Of a DNA stretch of 34,776 nt, positions 20,465 through 30,620 are shown one piece after another (position 1 is the first letter of the stretch; each line of letters begins with the position of its first letter). The notes beneath the pieces are model-generated. The model was not told the origin of the DNA. It did not search any database and worked only from the letters and a program-made list of their open reading frames with translations. Origin of the DNA: a virus (Duplodnaviria > Heunggongvirae > Uroviricota > Caudoviricetes); IMG/VR virus record IMGVR_UViG_3300028991_000022. One strand, 5' to 3'. The translations under genes were made by a program, and so were the position numbers.

Positions 20465-21973
20465 TTATTCTTCGGACTGGTCGTCGGTGTGCTGCGGCTC
20501 CTGTCGTTTCGTTGCGGCACTGCTGCCTCCTTTATCACTGGCCGGATCGGTATCAAATACCAGATCCAGCTTGCGGTTTTCATCAATTTCGGCCTTGCGC
20601 CGACGTTTGACATCATCCGGATTACGACCACCTGCACGTACCCAGTCTGATTCTGTCGCCGCTCCACCACGAATCTGAATTTTCCAGGCCTCAGCCTCCT
20701 TAACAGGGTCAATCCACGGCATCACCGGTCCGGAATACACCGCGGTATACAGTGAAGAACGGTCCAGATCGCGGGGTAGCCTGATAACACCGGATGCCAC
20801 AGCCTGTTTCAGCCAGGCACGGTACATCGGGCGGGTGACGGCACCAATAAACCAGTCCTGCAGGATCAGGTAGCCATCAGTAGATTCAACCAGCTCCTGA
20901 CGCTGGGCGCTGTAAGTGCCGTTATAGTTGCGCGCTGTACTGGAAAAACTCAGACGACTGCCCGCAGCCACGGCACGCAACTGACCATTACGAAAAGTTT
21001 CAAGGTTAGGATTGGGGCGATCCGACTTCACCATTCCGATTTCTTCGCCGGGTTTCAGATCGTCGTAAATAATGCCTGGCTGAATGGTAAGCTCGCGTTC
21101 ATTCTCCTTGCTGTCATTACCATCCGTTTCATAGCTCTGTCCGTCGCCTTTCCGGATGTACATCCCCAGAGCAGCGGCGATCCTTGCTGCAGTCAGCTCA
21201 GAATCTTCATACTCTTTCAGAGCACTGAGGCGGATCAGCACACCGGACAACAAAGACGTCCCGCGCATCTGGTGCAGACGGCGAACAAATTTAAGATGCA
21301 GCATTCGCTCTGCATCCACTTCTTTGGTTTCCATCTGCCGCCCGGATACGGGACGGCTTTTATACACCAGATATTTTTCGGGACGCCCCCAGTCATCAAC
21401 AAACACGCCCTGATTCAGCCTGTTGCTCTCATCACTGGTCATGGGAATAAAGTCCGGCTCGAGCGCCTCCAGCCAGAAATGAACACCGGCAGAAGGCGTC
21501 AGGCTGTTTATGCGCCCGGAAACCATCTGGGCAAACACCTCACCATCGCGCAGCCAGGTACGCAGCATCAGACGTTCCAGCATCGGACGGGTAAACTGCC
21601 CGGTGACCTCCGGACTGACAGACCATTCACTCCATCGGGTACGTATCTCCGCTGCCAGATCACGGGCAATGGCCCCATTGCGTAATACCGGATGTGGCTC
21701 GACAATAATCCCGTTTTTCCCCACCACCCGTTCTTCCAGCTTGTCAAATACACCAATGACCAGATCGTGGTTGTTATCAAGGTAACGGGCCTGCTCACGT
21801 AACGACACGGCCCCGTACTGGCTTAACTGGTCGGCAGTTCGGCTCTCCCGTCGGGCTTTGTGTGTCCGCGTCGTTTTTACGGCCTCATAAGCCTGGATCA
21901 CCGCACGGGAACGCAGCCTTGCCGCTTTCCATCCTGGTGAAAAAACGCCAATCACATCATCAAGAATTGCCAT
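20465..21973 (-). CDS. Portal protein
   Basis: Start ATG 21971-21973 (MAILDDVIGVF...) overlaps the W-like stop by 1 nt (TGATG); about 500 aa between W and the protease-capsid gene, the canonical portal position. Confidence 0.8.
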   Translation of the reverse strand: MAILDDVIGVFSPGWKAARLRSRAVIQAYEAVKTTRTHKARRESRTADQLSQYGAVSLREQARYLDNNHDLVIGVFDKLEERVVGKNGIIVEPHPVLRNGAIARDLAAEIRTRWSEWSVSPEVTGQFTRPMLERLMLRTWLRDGEVFAQMVSGRINSLTPSAGVHFWLEALEPDFIPMTSDESNRLNQGVFVDDWGRPEKYLVYKSRPVSGRQMETKEVDAERMLHLKFVRRLHQMRGTSLLSGVLIRLSALKEYEDSELTAARIAAALGMYIRKGDGQSYETDGNDSKENERELTIQPGIIYDDLKPGEEIGMVKSDRPNPNLETFRNGQLRAVAAGSRLSFSSTARNYNGTYSAQRQELVESTDGYLILQDWFIGAVTRPMYRAWLKQAVASGVIRLPRDLDRSSLYTAVYSGPVMPWIDPVKEAEAWKIQIRGGAATESDWVRAGGRNPDDVKRRRKAEIDENRKLDLVFDTDPASDKGGSSAATKRQEPQHTDDQSEE

Positions 21974-22191
21974 CAGAACCTCGCCAGCCGGTACCCGGGA
22001 TGCCCCCGTTGTCGTGTAATCAGAGCCGCAAGGCGGCGCTCCCACTCCTGCCGCCCCTGCCGGATCTCAGATAAGTTTTCCATGGTCATCTGCTGACCAT
22101 TAAAAGTGACGGATTTTCCGTCCAACACCGCCATTTCAGCTTCCGTATAACGCTGAATCATGGCTTCAATATCATTCTGATTCATAACCAT
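21973..22191 (-). CDS. gpW-like head completion protein
   Basis: 72-aa ORF between the terminase large subunit and portal; size and position of lambda gpW. Confidence 0.7.
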   Translation of the reverse strand: MVMNQNDIEAMIQRYTEAEMAVLDGKSVTFNGQQMTMENLSEIRQGRQEWERRLAALITRQRGHPGYRLARF

Positions 22192-24281
22192 CCTCCGGAA
22201 GTCAGCCAGGGGTTAACATCGTCAGTTACTGTTTTCTTCCGTTTTTGTTTTTTAACAGGCGTGGGTACCGGTTCCGGTGAGGGTGACGGTTCGGTACTGT
22301 CCGGGACACACTCCAGCCAGGTTTCCCGGCTCGCCCACTCCGGTGCATCCGGCCAGCGGATCTTTTCGTATCCATGCAGAATGACCAGAGCCTCGGCATA
22401 CACCATCAGGTCAAAAGCTTCGTTGGCACCGCGACCCGGCTTACTCCATTTCCCGTCACTGCTCCGCTCTTCATACGTCAGTTCGTCGTAAAACCAGCTC
22501 CCCAGCCAGTCAGGGAAATGCACATAACCTGGACCTGGCGAGTCACGCCATAACGCGTTATTCACCCGGTCTTTCAGGGCATCCGTCTGAAGAAGCCAGA
22601 GCGGCACATCACCTGCGGCCTGCGCCCGGCGGCCCGTTCGTCCGGTGTTATCAGGGAATGTACGGCTGATCAGTTTTGCGCGCCGGATGCTGTCGCCCTT
22701 AAACAGGTAAATACGTTTACCAAGGCCATCACGACGGCAACGACGCCAGAATTTATAGGCATTATCAGTGACCCCGTCTTCACCGCCGGAGTCCACCGCC
22801 ATTGCCATCAGTCGCATTTGTTGAGAAGGATCGGAGGCCAGCGGCCAGCTTTTATGAAAAACATCCGTCAGCAGGACATCCCAGTCTTCCGGATAGCTGG
22901 CCGGATCAATTCGCTGGCTCTCCCCGTCGCAGTCACTGCGCAATGACTGCGTGATGTTGTAACGATCAATAATCCAGCGTTCGCCACGGCTGCCATAGCC
23001 CGTTACCTGAACCACAAAACGGCGATGACGTCCCGCCTGCACATCCACTGTCGCCACAAGGAAATTAACGCCATCCGGAACACTGCGGGAAGGAACTGGC
23101 TCTGCCCGCTGCTCAAGCAGTTCACTTTTTCGTTGCTCCATGCTGGCACGAGGAAGATAAGGCAATCCCCAGTCGGTGTTGATAACCGCCCTGAGTGTTT
23201 CTTCGCTTCCTGTCGCTTCATACTCCTGTTCTGCAGTCAGTAATTTGTAAACCAGTTGCGCCCAGGTCTGATACGCAGCAGCTGGCCCTTCCATCCAGAA
23301 ACTGGCGATACGGGAGCGGCGTGGTTCACCGGAAACGTTGCCGTTACGATCAATGACCTGACCTTCACGCAACCAGACTCCTGCACTATTGAGCTCACGC
23401 TTTTTCTCCGCAGTGATAATGCCGCTGCAGTGCGGGCAAAGTAGATACGCCGCCTCACTGGCTTTAAAGGGATCCGGTTCATTACGGTAGCCGGTCATGG
23501 CATCCATAGCTGGCTGAAAATATTCACCGCAGTGCGGACATGGCCAGTACCAGCGGCGGCGGTCACCACGATTGTAAAGGGAAAGAATACCAGTCGTCGG
23601 TGGCGCTTCATGAGGCGACTTACGTCGCCATTTGCTGTCGCAGATGTCACGTCCCGGCGAGCTCTCCACCAGAGTCATCCCGGCGGACATAAATGTGGTG
23701 GTACGTTTTGAGGCCAGGGAGAAACCATCACCCTCGCTGTCGATATTCTCCGGAAAACGGTCGTAATCGGTTAAGGCGACAAACCGGTAATCCGACGACG
23801 ACATAATGTTGACCGAGGGCCAACCAATTTTAAGGAACGAGCCATCCCTGAACGTCTTATCATGGACATTATTGTCGTTACGACGTGGACTCATTCTTTT
23901 CTTTACCGCCGCACTGCTTCTGAACGTTCTGTCGAGGCGCTTTTTAGAATGCTCGCGGGCCTTATCTTCGGTCATCTGCACAACGAGCATGTCCGAAGGA
24001 TCGCAAACGATGGTATAGACAATCCATCCATCGATCAGACCAATGGTCTTCCCTGTTCGCGCAGGACCAACAAAAATCACCGCATCGTATTCACGCGATG
24101 CCAGGCAGTTCATGGGCTCAATGATGTAGGGTGTCAGTTCAGGATCCCATGGCACCGAGTTACCAGCCCCCTTGGGAACACGCATGAATTTTTTAACAGC
24201 CTCCGAAATCGGCATGCGACGTGGTGGGGAAAATCCTGCCGATATGTCCCTTCCCAAATTTCGGGCTGATGAAAAACCCAT
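22182..24281 (-). CDS. Terminase large subunit (lambda GpA family)
   Basis: 699-aa ORF with a Walker A-like segment (VGPARTGKT) and the GpA-type Cys motif region (CPHCGEYF...CPHCSG), comparable to lambda gpA ACPHCGEEQY...LCEHNAC. Confidence 0.9.
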   Translation of the reverse strand: MGFSSARNLGRDISAGFSPPRRMPISEAVKKFMRVPKGAGNSVPWDPELTPYIIEPMNCLASREYDAVIFVGPARTGKTIGLIDGWIVYTIVCDPSDMLVVQMTEDKAREHSKKRLDRTFRSSAAVKKRMSPRRNDNNVHDKTFRDGSFLKIGWPSVNIMSSSDYRFVALTDYDRFPENIDSEGDGFSLASKRTTTFMSAGMTLVESSPGRDICDSKWRRKSPHEAPPTTGILSLYNRGDRRRWYWPCPHCGEYFQPAMDAMTGYRNEPDPFKASEAAYLLCPHCSGIITAEKKRELNSAGVWLREGQVIDRNGNVSGEPRRSRIASFWMEGPAAAYQTWAQLVYKLLTAEQEYEATGSEETLRAVINTDWGLPYLPRASMEQRKSELLEQRAEPVPSRSVPDGVNFLVATVDVQAGRHRRFVVQVTGYGSRGERWIIDRYNITQSLRSDCDGESQRIDPASYPEDWDVLLTDVFHKSWPLASDPSQQMRLMAMAVDSGGEDGVTDNAYKFWRRCRRDGLGKRIYLFKGDSIRRAKLISRTFPDNTGRTGRRAQAAGDVPLWLLQTDALKDRVNNALWRDSPGPGYVHFPDWLGSWFYDELTYEERSSDGKWSKPGRGANEAFDLMVYAEALVILHGYEKIRWPDAPEWASRETWLECVPDSTEPSPSPEPVPTPVKKQKRKKTVTDDVNPWLTSGGWL

Positions 24282-24289
24282 TATTCCTC

Positions 24290-24829
24290 CTAGAGACTCT
24301 CTCCTTCCTCATCAGGAATTAATTCAGCAGCACAAGCCTCGTAGGATTTTTCCTGAAGAGTGTATCGCAGGTCATCAATGGCCTGCTGTACAACGCCGAC
24401 GGCCTGAGGAGTCAGGGCGCAATCGCGTTCAAGAACATCCGGAATTGTCTCCAGAACCTGGACGACAGCCTTTCTCATGGACGAATAGACGATGACTACT
24501 TCATCAACTGGGATGAGTTTTCGCTGCTCCTTTTCCAGCTTGATCCTTTCATTTTCAGACTGGTACCAGTCCTTTCTCTCTTTCGGCTCCATACGGGATG
24601 GATCATGAACAGAGTCTGCTGCCTCATGCTTCACACTAAACAGGGCGGGCCCGACATGCTGCAGGGCGTAAACGGGGTTCCCCCTGACAGTCGCAGCCAC
24701 AGGAGTGTTGGCCGCGAGGAGCCGTTTTTTTACTGTGTCCCGGTGAAGCCCAAAGGCCTCGGCGATTTTAAAAACACTCCAGTAATAAGCATCACCGATC
24801 CCGCTCACATTTGACATAAGCAACTCCAT
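24290..24829 (-). CDS. Terminase small subunit
   Basis: 179-aa ORF immediately upstream of the large subunit with an N-terminal HTH-like segment (WSVFKIAEAFGLHRDTVKKRL); size close to lambda Nu1 (181 aa) but not obviously Nu1-like in sequence. Confidence 0.75.
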   Translation of the reverse strand: MELLMSNVSGIGDAYYWSVFKIAEAFGLHRDTVKKRLLAANTPVAATVRGNPVYALQHVGPALFSVKHEAADSVHDPSRMEPKERKDWYQSENERIKLEKEQRKLIPVDEVVIVYSSMRKAVVQVLETIPDVLERDCALTPQAVGVVQQAIDDLRYTLQEKSYEACAAELIPDEEGESL

Positions 24830-24997
24830 CTGGCAGGTGAAAATCAGGTTTATTTATATATTTCAATTAATTGCAAACTGGTCTAATGACAGGGAGAAAA
24901 AAATATTGTACAGGTGAAAAGAGAAATAACTTTTAATTATCAATAAATTACCAAACATGCTGCCGCCGCCATGGAAATGCAAAAACTAGTCTTTTTC

Positions 24998-25019
24998 CGC
25001 GACGCTCCCGCCCCGTGGC
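24998..25019. other. Candidate cos site (cosN-like) about 170-190 bp upstream of the small terminase gene
   Basis: Minus strand reads CCACG-GGGCGGGAGCGT-CGCGG, strongly resembling lambda ACG-GGGCGGCGACCT-CGCGGG (12-nt cohesive end plus flanks). An AT-rich, bendable region (24830-24960) lies between it and the terminase start, as cosB/IHF does in lambda. Confidence 0.5.
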
Positions 25020-25379
25020 AGGGACCCCCACTGGGAGGACCCGACAGCCTGACAACCGTGACGAGCATCTGAAACAGAGCGTTACATAATGGCATGGGGA
25101 TAATTCAGAAGGACATCACAGCATGCCCACACAAATTAGTGTGAGTGTCCTGTTTCTTACTACGCGCAGGACTGACGAGCATGAGGGGAAAATACGCGAA
25201 CCGAAATGCCTTATCTTCAGAAATGCAGCCGGCATCCGAACTGGACGATATTGTAAATTCACCTAAATACGAGGCATTGCTGTAGTTGAATTGCAGTACT
25301 GTATTAGCCTTACAGTGACAGAATACGATATTGACTCTGTCACTTGTGAAATGGTCAGAATGGTTAGCAGTTATGGTGA

Positions 25380-25586
25380 TCAGTCAACCACCAGGGAATA
25401 ATCCTTCGTATTCTTATCGTGCTTTACTAACGCGGCCTCAATTGCCCTGAATGCTTCCAGAGATACTTGATGTTCTATACATGCAATTACAACATCCGGG
25501 TAACCCATCGAAATGGTGCTATTAAGCATAGTTTTTACACGAACCTGCTCCTGGGAGGGGGCATCAGTGTATTGATCTTTATGCAT
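25380..25586 (-). CDS. Hypothetical small protein (68 aa)
   Basis: [43 protein letters not shown]...; no recognised motif. Lies between gnsB and cos. Confidence 0.4.
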   Translation of the reverse strand: MHKDQYTDAPSQEQVRVKTMLNSTISMGYPDVVIACIEHQVSLEAFRAIEAALVKHDKNTKDYSLVVD

Positions 25587-25799
25587 TTTGTCGCTCCATT
25601 CGTTTGCTCTTCACTTGCGGCTAAAAATATAACGTCAAATCACTCAGCATGAAAGAGTGAAAGTTTCAGCGCGTTTCCCTTACATAATCTGTCGTTTGTA
25701 TTCTCTTCAGGCATACCGGAAAGACTAGGTATTGTCACACAACCAATACCATCGACAATCGAGATTTATATCTATTCGGTAATGTTTAAATATAACAAA

Positions 25800-25826
25800 A
25801 CCCCGTAAAAACGAGGTTTATGGGTA
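25800..25826 (-). terminator. Possible terminator downstream of gnsB
   Basis: Minus strand reads CCTCG-TTTTTA-CGGGG (one mismatch in the stem) followed by TTTTGTTATATTT. Confidence 0.3.
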
Positions 25827-25881
25827 ATTTGTATTGTTGAATAGCATCTGATGAGAAATTGATGCTAATACTATAAACATG

Positions 25882-26055
25882 CTAGATTAAATCAATCTTG
25901 ATATCATAGCTTTCAAGACCAGTCATTTTTTCCCGTGCAGTAAACTGGATACTGGTAACTTCTTTCCCGGTCTTTTTCTTAAGCTCAATGATTTTTTTTG
26001 TTATATATTCAGAAATATCTGCTTCTGTTTTTGTTTTTAACTCTTCAATGTTCAT
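25882..26055 (-). CDS. gnsB: GnsA/GnsB family protein
   Basis: 57 aa from the second Met: MNIEELKTKTEADISEYITKKIIELKKKTGKEVTSIQFTAREKMTGLESYDIKIDLI, closely matching the K-12 GnsA/GnsB pattern (MNIEELKK...FTAREKMTGLESYDVKI). Confidence 0.8.
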   Translation of the reverse strand: MNIEELKTKTEADISEYITKKIIELKKKTGKEVTSIQFTAREKMTGLESYDIKIDLI

Positions 26056-26227
26056 CATTTCCTCTTTTAGTCTGTTATGACTGTCCTGGTACACAGTAGT
26101 GTCAATTATATGGAGCAAACGTATAAAAGATAAGATGAAACATCGCAATAATCAACATACGACGGTCTAAATTTCACACAAACAGATAAAGATGATTATC
26201 ATTTATTATCAATGCATTAGAATCAAA

Positions 26228-26419
26228 TCAATTCAAGAGTCTCATTGCTGCTTCCAGAATTTCTTCTGAAGTTACATGTCGATCCGCTGCTACATAAATG
26301 ACTTTATGATCTCCGGTCAGAGATGGAAACCCTGCAGCCATTACAGTGAGGTGTGTTGTTTCGCCATTTGGATATTCACGCATGATGGTGTTAACTCCGG
26401 TCATCACTGGCACTACCAT
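26228..26419 (-). CDS. Hypothetical small protein (63 aa); occupies the position of ynfN in Qin-type prophages
   Basis: ORF MVVPVMTGVNTIMREYPNGETTHLTVMAAGFPSLTGDHKV...; identity not recognised, positional inference only. Confidence 0.4.
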   Translation of the reverse strand: MVVPVMTGVNTIMREYPNGETTHLTVMAAGFPSLTGDHKVIYVAADRHVTSEEILEAAMRLLN

Positions 26420-26728
26420 TGCTGGTTCAGAGTTAAAAAAACTATTATTTTTTTCATAATGTTACCGTAATATGTGAGTATCCATCGACTAGACACTAAG
26501 CAAAAAAGCTCCCGAAGGAGCCTTCATTTTCACTTTCTTAAATCTAACGACAGATGGCTAACATTTAAGTATTGTGAAATATTATCAAATGTAATCATCA
26601 TTGATTTACAAAAGATACATTTTGCCCCGAAAGGATTTCTGTCAGAAACATCAAAAGATGATGTTCTATACTGAGAACCATGGCAACACGGGCATCTAAA
26701 GTGAATATGGTTTGTAATATTTTCTACC

Positions 26729-26941
26729 TCAAAGTGCCACTACATGAACAGCTGCAGGGCCTTTAGGTCCGTTCTCAATACCAAATTCGACTTCCTGATT
26801 CTCAGTTAACGTTTTGAAATCGTTGCTCTGAATAGCTGAGAAATGCACAAACACATCTTTGCTACCATCTTTCGGCGTGATGAAACCAAAACCTTTTTCA
26901 GGGTTAAACCATTTCACTAAACCAGTCATTTTGTTAGACAT
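26729..26941 (-). CDS. cspI: Cold shock protein, CspA family (CspI/CspB-like)
   Basis: [70 protein letters not shown]; RNP1-like KGFGFI and RNP2-like VFVHF motifs; long AT-rich leader upstream (26945-27300), typical of csp genes. Confidence 0.9.
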   Translation of the reverse strand: MSNKMTGLVKWFNPEKGFGFITPKDGSKDVFVHFSAIQSNDFKTLTENQEVEFGIENGPKGPAAVHVVAL

Positions 26942-27305
26942 CATTATTACCTTTTGAAGAAGTTAGCCCTTGGGCAGAATGGTCCGAAAAAAAAATATCA
27001 GAGAGAAAAACCAACAAGGAAATCTCAAGAGGTACAAATAATAAAATTATAACAATGACTGCTTCAGATAATTTTGTAACAAACCAGAACACCATTAACG
27101 CATGATTAACCAACCATAGCAAGGATTACTTTTGTAAAGAAAAACACACGAATGAAACAATAGCTTTATTTATTAATAAAACGTGTCATTCTGTCTAATG
27201 ACCTTTTATCTTACCCTTAAGATTTCAAGGATTTTGACTCATGGAAGAGTCCTTTTTATTTAAATTTCACATTCAGCGCTAAAAATAATCCGATTTAATA
27301 TTAAT

Positions 27306-28329
<1,024 letters not shown>

Positions 28330-28333
<4 letters not shown>

Positions 28334-28641
28334 AGATATTTATGATGAGGACGCTCGTGCTTATTGGCAGGATTTTCAATCTTAAAGGAGTACTGATGCT
28401 GCAGATAAGACTCAACTTTTTCTGACAATTTTTCTGCTACTTCCAGGAAGACTTGCCGGACGCTCATTCTGGCTGCTGCCTCATAAAACTCCAGCGCAGC
28501 TCCTTCAACACGGTCCATGGCGACATCCAGGCCAAAAATTTCACCGTCAAAGCGTTCTTTGTCCTGTAAGGCTACAGTTACCGTAACTTTATTCTCAAAA
28601 TTACGGACTCCTTTCACAACCAGTTCATAGTCTTGAGTCAT
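28330..28641 (-). CDS. ydfR: DUF1327 family protein (YdfR-like), between holin and endolysin
   Basis: 103-aa ORF; same size and position as ydfR of the K-12 Qin prophage (between essQ and the lysozyme gene). Identified from memory of family and context. Confidence 0.6.
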
Positions 28642-28645
28642 TGGA

Positions 28646-28861
28646 TTACTCTCCTCTCGCAGCCTTACGCCTGTCTTCTTTAATCTTGAAATAAAGATTT
28701 GTCAGGTACGTCAGCAGGCCAAATACCAGGCTACCCAGCACACCTATTGCTGCCCACTGTGAGGGCGTGACTTTATCGAGCAGCTGTAAAAACCAGTAGC
28801 CAGCACTGCCTGCGGAGGTGCCGTAGGCAATGCCTGTTGAAATTTTGTCCATGGATTTCAT
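28646..28861 (-). CDS. S: Pinholin, phage 21 S-type, with dual start (antiholin S71 / holin S68)
   Basis: From ATG 28859-28861: [71 protein letters not shown]. The MKSM dual-start motif and two transmembrane segments match phage 21 S21; strong SD GGAGGTG upstream. Confidence 0.9.
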   Translation of the reverse strand: MKSMDKISTGIAYGTSAGSAGYWFLQLLDKVTPSQWAAIGVLGSLVFGLLTYLTNLYFKIKEDRRKAARGE

Positions 28862-28964
28862 AGCCTCACCTCCGCACGGAACGGATGGCATAGTTATTAT
28901 GTGTAGGCTTCCAGACACATCAATCAGAGCCTTAATTGATATATATGCTGGAGACGATGCAATA

Positions 28965-28987
28965 TAAAAAGCTCGCCGTAGCGAGCT
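28965..28987 (-). terminator. Rho-independent terminator between the TolA-like lipoprotein genes and the holin gene
   Basis: Minus strand reads AGCTCGC-TACG-GCGAGCT followed by TTTTTATATTG; 7-bp perfect stem. Confidence 0.6.
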
Positions 28988-29112
28988 AATAAAATGTATT
29001 TCTCTGATATTATGTTTATTTGTATTAGCTCAGACTTGACATCACAGGTTTCGTATATAGAACATCATCAAATCTGTCAGTTTGCTATGAATGAGATATA
29101 GTAATTGAAGAG

Positions 29113-29508
29113 CTAACCTCGCATGTCAAAGCCAGATTTCTGAAAATCTCTGTAGACTTCCGGATTGTTGAAGGCCGGAAATTTGGCTTTATGAGCTGCG
29201 GACTTTATCGCTTCGCAATAGGCTTTATCACCGTTACTGGTAGATATTTTTAACGCCGTGCCATCCTGAGAGAATTCCATATGCAACCTGCATTTTTTCC
29301 CTTTCCAGTTATGCGGCTCATCAAGTTTGGCATTAATTGCAGCTCTGATTCCCCGCGCTTGCGCCCCCCATTCATCCTGATCATCCCAGCGTCCTGAACT
29401 GCAACTACCTGTAGCAGTAGTTTTGTGGCAATCTGAAGGGTGTAAAGGTGTGCATCCCGCAACAAAACCGACCCAAAAAGTCAACATAACGATTTTCTTT
29501 AATCCCAC
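29113..29508 (-). CDS. Lipoprotein with diverged TolA C-terminal domain (TolAIII)-like fold, copy A
   Basis: 131-aa ORF with signal peptide plus lipobox (MGLKKIVMLTFWVGFVAGC, +2 residue Thr). C-terminal KGKKCRLHMEFSQDGTALKISTSNGDKAYCEAIKSAAHKAKFPAFNNPEVYRDFQ parallels the second copy and TolA domain III (two conserved Cys, PxxxxEVY). Confidence 0.65.
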   Translation of the reverse strand: MGLKKIVMLTFWVGFVAGCTPLHPSDCHKTTATGSCSSGRWDDQDEWGAQARGIRAAINAKLDEPHNWKGKKCRLHMEFSQDGTALKISTSNGDKAYCEAIKSAAHKAKFPAFNNPEVYRDFQKSGFDMRG

Positions 29509-29658
29509 TTCTTGCTCCTCAATCCATTAAAATCTCAGCAATAGTAGTTGTTACGTCCGCCACTGGCTCAGAGCTGACTATCCGCTAAATTTAGCTCAGT
29601 GCCGTAGTTGTGTCAGAACAAACCTAAGCCGAAACCGTTTATTACAAAACAATAAATA

Positions 29659-30087
29659 TCAGGGTTTAAAATCCAGCACCCCATTTTGAAATACTTTATA
29701 TACTTCCGGCGAAGGGGGGGCAGGTATATCAGCATTCTTTATCGCATTCATCGCTTCACGACATAAATCGAGGTCTCCACTTTCTCTTTTAACCTCCAGT
29801 AGAAGGCCATTCGGGGCCATATGCATTCTCAGTGTACACTCTTTTCCTGAATACTTACTCGCATCCCCGAACTGTTTTTCGATGGCGCTCTTGATTTGAT
29901 GGGCATACAGACGGATATCCTCACTAACATCAGAAGTACGTTCAGATGAACTCACATACTGTGTCTCTATTGCTTTATCGGAGTAATATGATGTACGGTC
30001 ATGATAATTTGTCGATACAGCATCAGTGCACCCGATAATAATCCCACTAATAATCAACGTAAGAATTGATGCGCTACGAAAACCCAT
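29659..30087 (-). CDS. Lipoprotein with TolA C-terminal domain (TolAIII)-like domain, copy B
   Basis: 142-aa ORF with lipobox (MGFRSASILTLIISGIIIGC, +2 Thr). C-terminus YAHQIKSAIEKQFGDASKYSGKECTLRMHMAPNGLLLEVKRESGDLDLCREAMNAIKNADIPAPPSPEVYKVFQNGVLDFKP closely parallels the E. coli TolA C-terminus as I recall it (YAGQIKSAIESKFYDASSYAGKTCTLRIKLAPDGMLLDIKPEGGDPALCQAALAAAKLAKIPKPPSQAVYEVFKNAPLDFKP). Confidence 0.8.
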   Translation of the reverse strand: MGFRSASILTLIISGIIIGCTDAVSTNYHDRTSYYSDKAIETQYVSSSERTSDVSEDIRLYAHQIKSAIEKQFGDASKYSGKECTLRMHMAPNGLLLEVKRESGDLDLCREAMNAIKNADIPAPPSPEVYKVFQNGVLDFKP

Positions 30088-30620
30088 TTTTCCTCACATA
30101 TGTCATATAGTAAAGAATTATATATACCGTTGTTTTGGACGCTCAAACAGCGAATCAGATCAAATAAAACGCACATTTGTTAACATTTACACAAAGTCTG
30201 CGTGGGATATTCTGAAAGAATATCCATAATGTGGAGAGAATCTATTGAAGTGCATGGTGCCGGGTGCCTCCCGGTGAATTCAGTACCAGCACCTGAATCC
30301 GCGATTATCCCATATACCTACTCGCTGATTGCCCCTCCGCACAGGGGGATTCACCATGCCAGTTTCTTTTAACAAACTCCCCGCAAACCAGAGAACAGTC
30401 AACCGCCTGAATTGTGAAGTATTTAAAAATTTCTCCCGCTAACTGATACCCGGCTAACAGTCTGGCGTTTTCTTTTTCAGCAACGGGAAAGCAACAACCA
30501 CCACACCCGCCACCAGCACACTGTCAGCCAGCACTGACATTATCCGGCTGCTGCAATGCCATTCACAAAAACAGTAAGCAATCACTTTTTACCGTAACAG
30601 GTGATAATCCAGATATGTAT

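Noticed and set aside
10466-22045. Longest-ORF N-terminal extensions of K (to 11251), V (to 16891), the DUF2190 gene (to 18451), the protease-capsid gene (to 20712) and portal (to 22045)
   Set aside because: Each extension overlaps the 3' end of the upstream gene and lacks a ribosome-binding site; internal ATGs give starts that abut the upstream stop codons and match lambda-like N-termini.
30026-30229. 67-aa plus-strand ORF overlapping the start of TolA-like lipoprotein B
   Set aside because: AT-rich region, no ribosome-binding site, antisense to a gene with clear signal peptide and domain similarity.
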